From: Macrostomum lignano
Taxonomy: Eukaryota
Length of the DNA stretch: 64,000 bases
NCBI GenBank assembly: GCA_002269645.1
Contig: NIVC01001368.1
Location: forward strand, 124,001-188,000
Reading direction: 5' to 3'
Shown here: one piece after another, positions 25,801-36,565 of the stretch
Layout of the letters: every line of letters starts with the position of its first letter
Position numbering within the stretch: position 1 is the first letter of the stretch
Program-made: the position numbers and the translations under genes
Notes under the pieces: generated by a model
Told to the model about the DNA's origin: nothing
Seen by the model: only the letters and a program-made list of their open reading frames with translations
Databases searched by the model: none

Positions 25801-28800
25801 TCAAATGCGATTTTTCGATTGTCTGAAGCGCAATGATGCCTGTGACCTTATGGTTTTGCTAAAAATGATGCTTACGACAGGTTTTTTGGAAGAACTTTTC
25901 GTAACCTGAGCTGTCAAAGCGCTGGATTCGATTACAGCTTGAATCTTAGGCACATCGTATAGATATTAGCAAGTACTGACTTTCCAGCCTCAGGCAATCC
26001 TTGGTGTGCTAGAAGCAATAGTAAAATCGTATACCTCGTGAAGCTATAGTAAAATGAATAGGCCGTCACCTACGTCTCCGTCTCTCAAATAGGCCGTCAT
26101 CGGCTCCGTCTCTCAAATAGGCCGTCATCGGCTTCGTCTTTCAAATAGGCCGTCACCCATGCCTCCGTCTCACGAATAGGCTATCGCTCTTACCTCCTAG
26201 TGATGGCTGCAAAGGACAGCAGATGTTGCCAGTTGATTCTCGGTGAAGGGCAGCCCACGATTTTGATGGGGACCCGCAGATTGGCTACTCGAACACGATG
26301 CCGGAGCTGAGCGTGAAGTCCCAGTATCCCTACTTTGTCCGGCTGCCCACCAGCCCGAGCCAGTTCGTGCAGCCGGCGATCGAGCTTCTGCTGAGGTACC
26401 GCTGGAGCAGATTTGCACTGCTCACCACCGACTCGGAGACGGTCTACCATGTGAGTAACTTACTGCAGAATGCGGGTGCTGGATTTACCGCGGCAGAATA
26501 TTCCATGCAGTTGCTTTTGCCTTATCTGTCACTGGGACGATCATATTGCTACCCAAAGTCAGTTAATCGACCATTTTACTCGTATTTAACTTGAAATCAA
26601 TTCAACATGAATGCAGCTGTGTGAGCAGGAACTGAGACTGAGTGATTGAGCTGCCGTGAATAAACCCCCGCAGACGTCCCAGGAGCTGGAGACCGCGCTC
26701 CAACGAAGAAACCTCACCAACTACCGGAAAGCGATTTACGGCCGCGATGCAACTGAGGTGATCGCCAGCTCGCTGGTACGGCTGGGGTTTTTAATTGCAA
26801 CTTGATTCTCTGACGATTTTGCTCACGAACTGCAGCTCGAACCATTTCGCCCTTTTTTCAGCGCAACAACTATCGAGTTTTCGTGGTCGTTCGCGATGCT
26901 TCCGATGAGCTTCCCAGCAAGCGGCTCGAATGCATTGTAATTCTGGCTTGCAGTTTGACTTAATGAGGAACTGGGAGTAGCTAGGAATTGCTCAAGGGAT
27001 TTTTATGATAAGTTAACGTGGCTTTTCAATTCACATCAGAGAGATTCGAAGATGACAATGGCTGGTCTTCAGAAAAAATCGGCTTCAACTGGAACTGTTA
27101 GGCCTCTTCACCTGGAAGCTTAACGAATACGAGCTAGAAACTTATAGAGATTTATCGTTCGATGACTCAATAAATGACTGACTCGTGCACAATATTGAAA
27201 TTTTTCTCTGAAGCCAATCCAGACATTTTTTCGTTCGAAATTGAGGTGCTCGTCGGAACCAAGGCACGGAGCACGGGGTATGAGGTTTCGAGGTACCCAC
27301 GTTAATTAAATATCAAGGGGCTCATGAAAAATGTAATATTTTATTCTGGGCATAATCTTTTAGTGGTGACCTGGAAGTTTTTCGAGTATTAAATAATTCA
27401 CAGATTTCTATTTACCCCGAGCAAAACATTTTGGTTCCATGCGGAAACAAATGTTAAAATTTCAAATTTCCAATTTCGAAAAAAAATTTGTCGTGACGCA
27501 ATACTTGTGCCAAAATAGCATCTCGCTTAGAGCTTTTTCGGGCTCCTTGGCTCCATGTGAAAGGATCCCTGTGAAAAATACCTGAGCCAGGATTAGCGCT
27601 TCATTCCATTCATTCTTCTGTGATGAGAGCACATTGTGCGGTAGTCTTGTCAAAGTAACTGCCTCGATGGCACAAACCCTGCAGATTTACAGCCTCAGGG
27701 CCTACGGCATGAAGTACTTCTGGATTCAATTGGGATTTCCGGACTCTGCCACAGCGTCGTCGCAGGACAGCTGCACCGACTCGGAGCGGGCCCGGAGCCT
27801 TGAGGGCGCCGTGGAGTTCGACACGCCCGTCGTGGAGCCCGGCCTGCCGGAGGCCCGGGTGGGCATCGCTGGCAAGGTGAGGCTCAGATGAGCAGCCATA
27901 TTGACTGATTTATTCTTAATATAGAGTCAAAGCGTCCGGTACGCGAATTGCTGATCTCAAAGATAAAGCCAAACACTTTTTGTTGCTGAAGTCTTATTGG
28001 AAGTTGAATTTTGTTTCAAAATTTCACAGGACTTTTGTTCAGGTCCTGTTCGAAAGCCCGAAAATAATCGCCTCCCTGCTCCCCATCAGCTGCTTCTGGT
28101 CGGCTCACAAAAACTATAAAGATCAAAAGAGATGGCAAATTATTGAAGGTTCTAATAAAGACTTACTTGACCTTCAATGTTGTTCAACCTTGGTGAGTGT
28201 GAGCTTCAGAGAGGGTTTACCGGCTAGAAAGTACATCATGTTCCCAATCTGCAGACGCTGGGCCAGTTGTACGCCGACTTCCTGGCCTCCAGACCGGCCG
28301 GGGCGAGCGCCACCCCGATAAAGTCGGTCTCCGGCTTCGACCTGCGCTTCGACGCCGCGATGGCGGCCGCTCTGGCTTTGAATTCCAGCCTGCAGACGGA
28401 GGCCTTCCAGGCCAGCCCACAGCTGGCGAACTCCAGCTTCAAGGCCCGCCTGTTCCGCAGCCTGCTGTCGCTGGACTTTCTCGGACTGTCAGTGAGCGAA
28501 AGACCAAGGGGCATTCCGTTCCTTTGATTTCACTTGTGGCGGGTTAAATGCCAAGGAGCAAAAAAAATCATTACTGGATGCCTTGGAACAAATCCTGATA
28601 TTTCATTGTTGTAAAGGTTGTAAAGGTTTCAGAGCACCTTCTGACTGATGCGCCATTTTATTTTACATCCTAGACGATTAATTTTGGTGCACCAGAAAGA
28701 CACCTGTATTACTAACTTCTTCCGGTACTGCTTCAACACAGGAAATACTACTTGTGCTTGCATTATTCTCTACCATTTACACAGTGCAGCTGGGATACCA

Positions 28801-31800
28801 CAAAGGCTGTTTTATACACAAGCGAAGCAGACCTTACATTGGCCAAAAAAACTGGATCGTCTAACAACATCCCGTCTACACCAATCCTCTCAGGGTCCAG
28901 TGAGGTTTGACCGGCGAGGGGACAGGCTGTCTCAAATTCGATTTTATCAGCTCAAAAGTGAGAACTGTTATTTTTGCTGCTATTTGCCACTGTAGGCTGT
29001 GTACCAAGTAGCAAGTAGGGAGCTAAAATATCTGCAATCCTATTTGCCACTGTGGGCTGTGTACCAAGTAGCAAGTGGGGAGCTAAAATATCTGCAATCC
29101 TATTTGTCACAGTGGGCTGTGTACCAAGTAGCAAGTAGGGAGCTAAAATATCTGCAATCCTATTTGCCACTGTGGGCTGTGTACCAAGTAGCAAGTGGGG
29201 AGCTAAAATATCTGCAATCCTATTTGTCACAGTGGGCTGTGTACCAAGTAGCAAGTGGGGAGCTAAAATATCTGCAATCCTATTTGCCACTGTAGGCTGT
29301 GTACCAAGTAGCAAGTGGGGAGCTAAAATATCTGCAATCCTATTTGCCACTGTGGGCTGTGTACCAAGTAGCAAGTGGGGAGCTAAAATATCTGCAATCC
29401 TATTTGCCACTGTGGGCTGTGTACCAAGTAGCAAGTGGGGAGCTAAAATATCTGCAATCCTATTTGTCACAGACCTCAAAAGAAACCTGGTTGCAACATT
29501 TGACCCAACTGAAGGCAACGTCACTTGGCTTGAGGACCTGTGGTTCATCGGTGAGTTTCCTCTGGTTGGGGTGGCCGAGTATCACCTAATCAATACGTAA
29601 AGTCTAGCTCGTTTAATACATTATTTTCAATTTTAGCTCATAATTTATTCTGTTGGAAATTCAGTCTGCTCGTTTGCTGAAAAGGCGATCTGCATCGAGA
29701 GAAGAGGTGCCGATTTCACTGATCCTGAGCGCAAGCACGCGCATAAATAACTCATCCCCCTTGCAGTCTGAATCACGCACGCGCCAGTCTGAAGCGCAGA
29801 TTTGCTGCCATGCACCCGCTAAGTCTAATGGGACGCGTTGTCCGCCACACCTTTTTGACCCCTCCGTTTTCAATTCGCTGCAGTAGATGCTGCAGAAATT
29901 CACGTGCTGCCAAAAAGATTCGCATGCACTTTGCTTTCAAGAGTCCCATTCTGGCCCTCAATCCAGGCGGTCAGCCCCCATTGGACACCCCAGAAGTGAT
30001 CATTGAGGACATCAGGCTCAGCCTTCCCGCCACGACTGCCATCGCGTCAATCTCATCGCTGGGCATGGCTCTGTCCGTGGCGGCGGTCGCTGTGAACGTT
30101 CACTACAGGGAGCTGCGCCTCATCAAGATGAGCAGCCCGCTGGTGAACAATGTGATTGGCGCTGGCTGCCTTATGTGCTACGCCTCCTGCATAGTGATGG
30201 CCGCGAACTCGCACTGGTCTGTGAGCACCGCCCTGTGCTGGGCGCAGACGGCCCTGCTGACCCTCGGCTACTCCGCCGCCTTCGGCGCCATGCTGGCTAA
30301 AACCTGGTGGGTGCACCGCATCTTTGCGAACCTCAAGCTGCGCAAAGCGGTAAGTCAAGTTGCTTGAGCCCGACTGGGTAAATCTGAGATACCAAAAATT
30401 CCCGTTTACTTTTTGCGTGCAGCCCGTGCAGAGCCGGTACCTGCTGCTCTTCATCGTGGTGGTGGTGGTCGCTGACATTGTGCTCCTAGCACTGTGGGCC
30501 GGCCTGGACCCGTTGGCTTTGCAAGCTAGCGAGTATCTTGTTGAGGTGAGAATTGTACGAGTAATTTTGCATTGTAGCTCGTATATTGGAACCTTTGTTG
30601 CTGCGCTGAAGTGTGATCAGCTTCACGTCAGGTTGCACTTCCGTTATTTTCGGACTTAGGAAAGTGACCAAAAATTTTGAGCTTATAAAAGGGACTGAGT
30701 TTCGAGCAGGTGAAACGTCCGGTGTGCAAAAGGCTAGCACCACTGGTGGCGAAAATTTCACACTTTCCAGGAGCGATCGGACGGGTCAACTCTGAGCGCC
30801 AGAATTCTGCTGTGCGCCAGCCGCAACCAAGCCGTCTGGCTGGGCGCCGAATTCGGAAAAAAGGGTGAGCTCACTGTCTCCGTGAAATCCTGCGCTGCTG
30901 CAGGCCATATAACATCATCCATCGAAACTATCTGCAGATTTTTATCAGGTGGATGTCGAGCCTGGGTCTAGGGGCGTTGGGACGCACAGAGTAGAGCCTG
31001 GGACTAGAGGCGCTGGGACACACAGAGTAGAGCCTGGGTCTAGGGGCGTTGGGATGCACAGAGTAGAGCCTGGGTCTAGAGGCGTTGGGACGCACTGAGT
31101 AGAGCCTGGGTCTAGAGGCGTTGGGACGCACTGAGTAGAGCCTGGGTCTAGAGGCGTTGGGACGCACTGAGTAGAGCCTGGATCTAGAGGCGTTGGGACG
31201 CACTGAGTAGAGCCTGAGACTAGAGGCGTTGGGACGCAATGAGTAGAGCCTGGGTCTAGGGGCGTTGGGATGCACAGAGTAGAGCCTGGGTCTAGAGGCG
31301 TTGGGACGCACTGAGTAGAGCCTGGGTCTAGAGGCGTTGGGACGCACTGAGTAGAGCCTGGGTCTAGAGGCGTTGGGACGCACTGAGTAGAGCCTGGATC
31401 TAGAGGCGTTGGGACGCACTGAGTAGAGCCTGAGACTAGAGGCGTTGGGACGCAATGAGTAGAGCCTGGGACTAGAGGCGCTGAGACGCACTGAGTAGAG
31501 CCTGAGACTAGAGGCGCTGGGACGCAATGAGTAGAGCCTGGGACTAGAGGCGTTGGGACGCACTGAGTAGAGCCTGAGACTAGAGGCGTTGGGACGCACT
31601 GAGTAGAGCCTGAGACTAGAGGCGCTGAGACGCACTGAGTAGAGCCTGAGACTAGAGGCGTTGGGACGCACTGAGTAGAGCCTGAGACTAGAGGCGTTGG
31701 GACGCAATGAGTAGAGCCTGGGACTAGAGGCGTTGAGACGCACTGAGTAGAGCCTGGGTCTAGAGGCGTTGGGACGCACTGAGTAGAGCCTGGATCTAGA

Positions 31801-34187
31801 GGCGTTGGGACGCACTGAGTAGAGCCTGGATCTAGAGGCGTTGGGACGCACTGAGTAGAGCCTGAGACTAGAGGCGTTGAGACGCAATGAGTAGAGCCTG
31901 GGACTAGAGGCGCTGAGACGCACTGAGTAGAGCCTGAGACTAGAGGCGTTGGGACGCACTGAGTAGAGCCTGGGACTAGAGGCGTTGGGACGCACTGAGT
32001 AGAGCCTGGGACTAGAGGCGTTGGGACGCAATGAGTAGAGCCTGGGACTAGAGGCGTTGAGACGCACTGAGTAGAGCCTGGGTCTAGAGGCGTTGAGACG
32101 CACTGAGTAGAGCCTGGGTCTAGAGGCGTTGGGACGCACTGAGTAGAGCCTGGATCTAGAGGCGTTGGGACGCACTGAGTAGAGCCTGGATCTAGAGGCG
32201 TTGGGACGCACTGAGTAGAGCCTGAGACTAGAGGCGCTGGGACGCACTGAGTAGAGCCTGAGACTAGAGGCGTTGGGATGCACAGAGTAGAGCCTGGGCC
32301 TAGGGGCCGTTGGGACGCACAAAGTAGAGCCTGGGCCTAGAGGCGCTGGGAACCGCCATGGACCTTATGAGTACAGTTACGAGTATGGCAGCTACTGTAG
32401 ATCTCGAATGTCTCAAGCGTAGGACGCACTGACGATACTCACTACTATAGATATATGAGTAAATGAAGGTCAGGCCTATAGTAGCGGGTCTGGCAATCCC
32501 GAAAGATTTTTCGCGTGTTTGCGGCCAAGGTAGAGCAAAAAATTCTGAATTCGCGATACAAGCCGAGGTTAGCGGGAGAGGCCAGCCAGACGGAGAAATA
32601 AATGGGTCCATGAGGTCCATGGTCCGCCAATTGCCCGCAGACGAGTTGCCCGTCGAGATTTGCCCGCAGTGCAATTTGCCCTCGAGTGAATTGCCCGCGA
32701 GCGAATTGCCCACTGAGTTTTTTCCCGCCGAGGATTGCCCGCAATGCTTTTTTTCCAGCAGCGCATTTGGCAGCTATAGCTTCTGTCTGCATTGCCCCCC
32801 CCCCAAAAAAAAATATGCATTTGATATGCAGTTACTATCAAAACGTTTTGATCGGGTAAATCTCTTTATTAAGACCTACAAAGCATTGGGGAGACAATGC
32901 AGACAAAATCTGCCGCGTGGCTAAATGCGCAACTGCTTATTGCTTGACGTACACCGCTGAGATTAGGAGCCAGGATCGATGTTATCGAATGAAGTTTCAA
33001 AAACTGGGTGCTCCAAATACCACCAAAAATGCATAGAGCTCTTCGCCGGATGAACCGCAGGGATTCTCCTGTTCGCTGCCATCATCTTCGCCTGGGAGAC
33101 TCGCACCGTGCAGCTGGATGCCGTCAACGACTCAAAGAAGATCGGAGTCTGTGTGTACAACACCACCGTGCTGGCGCTCATCGGGGTCGTCGTGGCCTTC
33201 GTGCTGCCCGACTCCAGCTATGAGCTGCGGCTGATTCTTGTCGCCATTTGCACCTGCGGCTGCGCCACCATCACGCTGGCCCTGGTGTTCGGCACGAAGG
33301 TGAGCTGCCCCGCCCGTGGCACCTGGGGCTCTGCTTCTCTGGGGTGCTTGCTTTATACCTAGAAGAGAATCCCCTTAGTCCCCCTCCCGCTAGTCTGTTG
33401 TTAATCCATCTGTAGCCGATGTATCTCAACCCCCTCCCCGCTAGTCTGTTGTTAATCCATCTGCAGCCGATGTATCTCAACCCCCCTCCCCGCTAGTCTG
33501 TTGTTAATCCATCTGCAGCCGATGTATCTCAACCCCCCTCCCCGCTAGTCTGTTGTTAATTCATCTGCAGCCGATGTATCTCAACCCCCCTCCCCGCTAG
33601 TCTGTTGTTAATCCATCTGCAGCCGATGTATCTCAACCCCCCTCCCCGCTAGTATGTTGTTAATCCATCTGCAGCCGATGTATCGCAACCCCCCTCCCCG
33701 CTAGTCTGTTTTTAACTCATCTGCAGCCGATGTATCGCAATTCCCCTCCCCGCTAGTCTGTTGTTAATTCATCTGCAGCCGATGTATCGCAATTCCCCTC
33801 CCCGCTAGTCTGTTGTTAATTCATCTGCAGCCGATGTATCGCAATTCCCCTCCCCGCTAGTCTGTTGTTAATTCATCTGCAGCCGATGTATCGCAATTCC
33901 CCTCCCCGCTAGTCTGTTGTTAATTCATCTGCAGCCGATGTATCGCAATTCCCCTCCCCGCTAGTCTGTTGTTAATTCATCTGCAGCCGATGTATCGCAA
34001 TTCCCCTCCCCGCTAGTCTGTTGTTAATTCATCTGCAGCCGATGTATCGCAACCCCCCTCCCAGGTGCACGCCATCTGGCGCCTCAGGCCCAACCGCATC
34101 GATGCCCAAGAGGCTCTGGAGACGGTGGACGGCCAGACCTCAAAGGCCAACACCGCCGGGTCGACGAGTGCGGCCGACACTTGCTAA
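13837..34187 (+). CDS. Class C GPCR, GABA-B receptor-like (signal peptide, Venus flytrap, 7TM, no cysteine-rich domain), 14 exons, 745 aa reconstructed; exon 1 interrupted by a DNA transposon
   Basis: Exons 13837-14005+20666-20715, 20959-21096, 26280-26450, 26674-26775, 26862-26936, 27685-27876, 28255-28491, 28894-28957, 29473-29550, 29967-30349, 30423-30545, 30771-30864, 33061-33299, 34065-34187 (2238 bp, no internal stop, phases consistent). Motifs QYPYFVR, YRWSR, GMKYFWI, GPVRF, GQPPLD, IKMSSPLVNN, FGAMLAKTW, FAWETR, NDSKKIG. Orthology to GABBR1/2/3 cannot be assigned by eye. Confidence 0.92.
14006..14032 (+). repeat. Left TIR of the CMC element
   Basis: ccctactctccttgcatggataaatca; imperfect inverted match to 20637-20663. 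Confidence 0.9.
14420..14897. repeat. 73-bp tandem repeat (~6.5 copies) inside the CMC element, downstream of the transposase
   Basis: Unit aaggtactgtaagaaaaaataaaacagctcagagagctttaaaatacagaatagacagaatttgacgcatttc with starts at 14506, 14579, 14652, 14725, 14797, 14870. Confidence 0.96.
15226..17526 (-). CDS. EnSpm/CACTA TNP2-like DDE transposase, 766 aa, intact ORF
   Basis: Motifs ISADGANF, SFWPF, LNLP, FVCDLPALAK, YNGAFSCPRCLHPG, GVK, IDSLHCFFEG, SDWKAKHF, LNFHLLLH, LYGPV..YSMFAFES; typical of the Transposase_21 family. Confidence 0.92.
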   Translation of the reverse strand: MSSKSESEHSLSTNYSAYSCQAISSPSNSFSTSNRSSISSEAGVTHSHSCPDAVETFIGENNAVPVLEESSDSLANLASISDPSVQAALIFQWAITSGVSEAALDRLLKLLSIFSRDSLALPNSVKLLKSLIQDTCPLDDSDVSEFGFCPECKSQCQVHSPKSKVAVTQLNIVPQLRTILSSHTSTILQYEQELQKDKNTDVLNSKIVKEQGLSLSSGKSLHLHLLISADGANFFESVQSSFWPFQAQLLNLPVYIRQRFANLILIALVSSKAVPHFQSFLSEIMNNLPKQFIFSEYTVHVHYTLFVCDLPALAKLFCIHQYNGAFSCPRCLHPGESFKVSEKGKNWIFRYGEGYLFPLRNPSSHLEHCRLAQIRNRPVFGVKMRSCLLDYVPFPSCNPIDSLHCFFEGHTKYLLEELSLPANRRELYFCSANCMDFISNCIRQSITPSSITINTNFKGFSDWKAKHFKNFALYFLLPTFLQRISHFPLKLLLTNLVLIYHMLYSPQSNKTDIEKLCKAFISNAQQIFGPKVLRLNFHLLLHMAEQYELYGPVFNYSMFAFESSIGMFKKFLCGTVSFGPQLVRKFLFQKLLHHYFSCVKDSIVVDAVNSISLEPSRPHGILRNSLAYFNGHFFSTSSACASKNSNHLCQLKSGEICTIAEFLEPNTIRVQILDPIGSLFDFVLRVPAATFPIDLLNWKALLESMFKKSSTFNFVLISLSNAPRSARRERIVNFSEVDRPCIAVPVESFSKDCYCAVPLFKEFEHD
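17576..19526 (-). CDS. Spliced accessory gene of the CMC element (7 exons, ~400 aa), C-terminal BEN-like helical region
   Basis: Exons 19317-19526, 18867-19203, 18703-18783, 18546-18617, 18328-18455, 18058-18250, 17576-17757 join with GT-AG and matching phases into a stop-free 1203-bp frame. The start codon and the BEN call (FHEIWKSVRDHLNQLAREE) are inferences. Confidence 0.78.
20637..20663 (-). repeat. Right TIR of the CMC element
   Basis: ...tgatttatccatgataagagagtaggg followed by TSD ca. Confidence 0.9.
21224..25672 (+). mobile_element. Ty3/Gypsy (Mag-like) LTR retrotransposon in GPCR intron 2, structurally complete, coding-defective
   Basis: LTRs 21224-21516 and 25476-25672 (TG...CA), 5-bp TSD ATCTC (21219-21223, 25673-25677), PBS-like gTGGCGTC after the 5' LTR, PPT aagggggaagg before the 3' LTR. 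Confidence 0.96.
21533..25420 (+). pseudogene. gag-pol of the Gypsy element (two CCHC knuckles, protease, RT, RNase H, integrase)
   Basis: CQKCGRAHARMQC/CNKCGKPNHFAKVC, ELDTGAG, YIDD, EVDAS, IEREALA, TDHKPL, HQAHLGI..CRVC, YADFAGP, VTDNGP, SNGAAER. In-frame TAA at 23600-23602 (ELE*FLGL) and frameshifts near 24340 and 24980. Confidence 0.94.
26057..26182. repeat. 28-31-bp tandem repeat (~4.5 copies)
   Basis: Unit aaataggccgtcatcggctccgtctctc. Confidence 0.9.
28981..29472. repeat. 60-bp minisatellite (8 copies plus a partial) filling GPCR intron 8 and ending at the acceptor
   Basis: Unit tatttgccactgtgggctgtgtaccaagtagcaagtggggagctaaaatatctgcaatcc; the final partial unit tatttgtcacAG is the 3' splice site. 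Confidence 0.98.
30958..32350. repeat. 36-bp minisatellite (~38 copies) in GPCR intron 12
   Basis: Unit gagtagagcctgggtctagaggcgttgggacgcact with variants. Confidence 0.98.
32628..32745. repeat. Degenerate ~15-bp repeat (aattgcccgc core), probably part of a non-autonomous DNA element
   Basis: About 8 copies of (g/a)a(a/t)ttgccc(g/a)c; element ends not found. Confidence 0.6.
33380..34064. repeat. 52-bp minisatellite (~13 copies) filling GPCR intron 13 and ending at the acceptor
   Basis: Unit ccccctccccgctagtctgttgttaatccatctgcagccgatgtatctcaac; last unit ends cccccctcccAG at 34064. Confidence 0.97.
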
Positions 34188-34807
34188 GAGTTGAATTGAA
34201 GATTGACACAGTCTGAAACTCTTGCAGATTTTGAGACCATATGGAGACGTCACTGACAGCCCCAGACTGAACGGGGGTAAATACACAGCTCGCTGGAATG
34301 GCCAGCAGCTTAGCATAGTCTCTTGCACAGCATAGAGTTCCTAGCAGCACTCGGCATTCCAATCTGCGCGAAGAGCCTCACTGGCGCCTTGGTTATCTCC
34401 AATACTATCGATTCAAATTATTGCAATGCATTATGAAGGTAAAAAATCTTATTAAGAACATGAAGGATGCAAAAGTAGTCGCCTGTGCTCACGAGTTCAG
34501 CAGTTGAGTTTTCCGATGAAATTATAATTAGTAAACCAAAGTAGCTATAAGAGCATGCAGCTGCTGTTCGCCATCAACTTGTGCATTCGAAATTGAACTA
34601 GAGTCAGTGACGTTCATTTCAAGATTGGACTCTGTGACCAGAAGCAGTATTTCTGTGACCAGTAAGGCCCTGATTTAGTTGTAATGATTTCTCCATCATC
34701 ACCAGCGCGGCAATCTCGAAATGCTCAGCAGTAACCTCGGGCACCGAGGAAATCGTCAAGACATCAGCATGTCGAAATAAATTCATAATTTCTCTCTAGT
34801 TGAGGTC

Positions 34808-35175
34808 GTCAGCTGTCATGGCCTTCTAGCCAATCCCCAGTTTTCATGTACTTCTAGCCAATCATCAGCTGTCAAGGATTTCTAGCCAATCGTCAGCTGT
34901 CATGGACTTCTAGCCAATCATCAGCTGTCATGGACTTCTAGCCAATCATCAGCTGTCATGGACTTCTAGCCAATCATCAGCTGTCAAGGATTTCTAGCCA
35001 ATCATCAGCTGTCATGGACTTCTAGCCAATCGTCAGCTGTCATGGACTTCTAGCCAATCATCAGCTGTCATGGATTTCTAGCCAATCATCAGCTGTCATG
35101 GATTTCTAGCCAATCATCAGCTGTCAAGGATTTCTAGCCAATCATCAGCTGTCATGGATTTCTAGCCAATCATCA
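34808..35175. repeat. 28-bp minisatellite (~12 copies)
   Basis: Unit catcagctgtcatggacttctagccaat. Confidence 0.96.
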
Positions 35176-35210
35176 TCTCGACAGACATTTGGAGTTTCTG
35201 AAGACATTTA

Positions 35211-35555
35211 CGAGGGGTGTCCATATTTGTACTGCTTCTGCTGCGTGGTTTTTGTCTTGTGTTTGGGCCACAGACATGCTCATAAAAGTGGTGATTTTTC
35301 TTAAAAATTTTTCGCACAGCGTAAAGTTCAAGCTGCTCTTTGGCATAATTTTTGGCTGCCCAACTTCTGTCAGTTGTGTCCTTACCAACTGCACTCGTTT
35401 GTTCATAACTCATCAAAGCTAAATTCCATTCATAAATTTCCTAAAATATGTTACTCACAGATGCTCTCACTATGATTTAAAGGCTTTTTTATTGATATTG
35501 TTGTAGCCAGACATGTGCCACATCAAATATTCCCACAACTTTCGGACACCCCTCG
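35211..35555. mobile_element. Possible mariner-type MITE or relic
   Basis: 12-bp perfect inverted ends cgaggggtgtcc / ggacacccctcg; TA on the left, TT on the right. Confidence 0.45.
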
Positions 35556-36034
35556 TTTAACTACTGAAAAAATTCTACGTACCTGTGCCTCTTCGTTTGA
35601 TTGCAACTGAAAAGCTCCGAGATCAGGGCCTCTGGCATTTCTGCTGTTTATAGTTCCTATTGTTTCAGAACTATGAGCTAGAATGCTTTGAAATATTCAG
35701 ATCCTTGAGTCGAAGTCAGCTACTTGGAGCTGACAAGTGTTGAAGGACTCGGTCAGTTCTCATTGCTTTCCGATGCCGCTCTGCCGTGCTGAAAATTCGC
35801 TGCTCACAAAAGCAACGCCAATACCTGCACGAACTGCTCAGTGCACAAATCGATCCCGAGCATTCGCGCTGCCCACGGTCGATTGAGTAGCCATGCAGCT
35901 CAGAGCGGCTCTTCCTCAGCTCGCCTCCCCAGCTACGCCCACCGCTGCGCAGCTGACGGAAGGGCGACCGCCTCTCCATATCCAGTCAGTTCGGTGAGTT
36001 TGTGAATTCCTGGAAACTGTTGAGACGAGAGAAG

Positions 36035-36290
36035 CAATCAACGGCCGCGCTGCTTTCTACTCGCTGAGAAATTCACTGAAATCAACGGCCGCGCTGCTTT
36101 CTACTCGCTGAGAAATTCACTGAAATCAACCGCCGCGCTGCTTTCTACTCGCTGAGGAATTCACTGAAATCAACGGCCGCGCTGCTTTCTACTCGCTGAG
36201 GAATTCACTGAAATCAACGGCCGCGCTGCTTTCTACTCGCTGAGGAATTCACTGAAATCAACGGCCGCGCTGCCTTCTGCTCGCTGAGAA
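36035..36290. repeat. 44-bp minisatellite (~6 copies) upstream of the FN2 gene
   Basis: Unit aaatcaacggccgcgctgctttctactcgctgaggaattcactg. Confidence 0.96.
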
Positions 36291-36565
36291 ATGCTTCCGT
36301 GATTCGCAGCTACACGTACTTGATTCAGTCGGAGATGACAATGTGAATTGTTTGCTTCACGGCTTCTCTGATTTATTCGTGCAAACAGCTTTCTTCCTAC
36401 TAGTGGTAAGCTTTCTAAGTTCGAACGCACCCGGTAAGAGCTGAGGCCATCAACAATGCCGTTTCTATGCTGAAAATATGTTATAAGCTACAAATTAGCT
36501 GAAACAATGAATGGCCAAGCATTGCAGAATCGCACTGAGTCAGCGGCATCTGCACCAGCCTGCGA

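Noticed and set aside
30928-32322. 464-aa minus-strand ORF (RLYSVRPNAS repeats)
   Set aside because: It is the translation of a 36-bp intronic minisatellite that lacks stops in one frame; no independent coding evidence.
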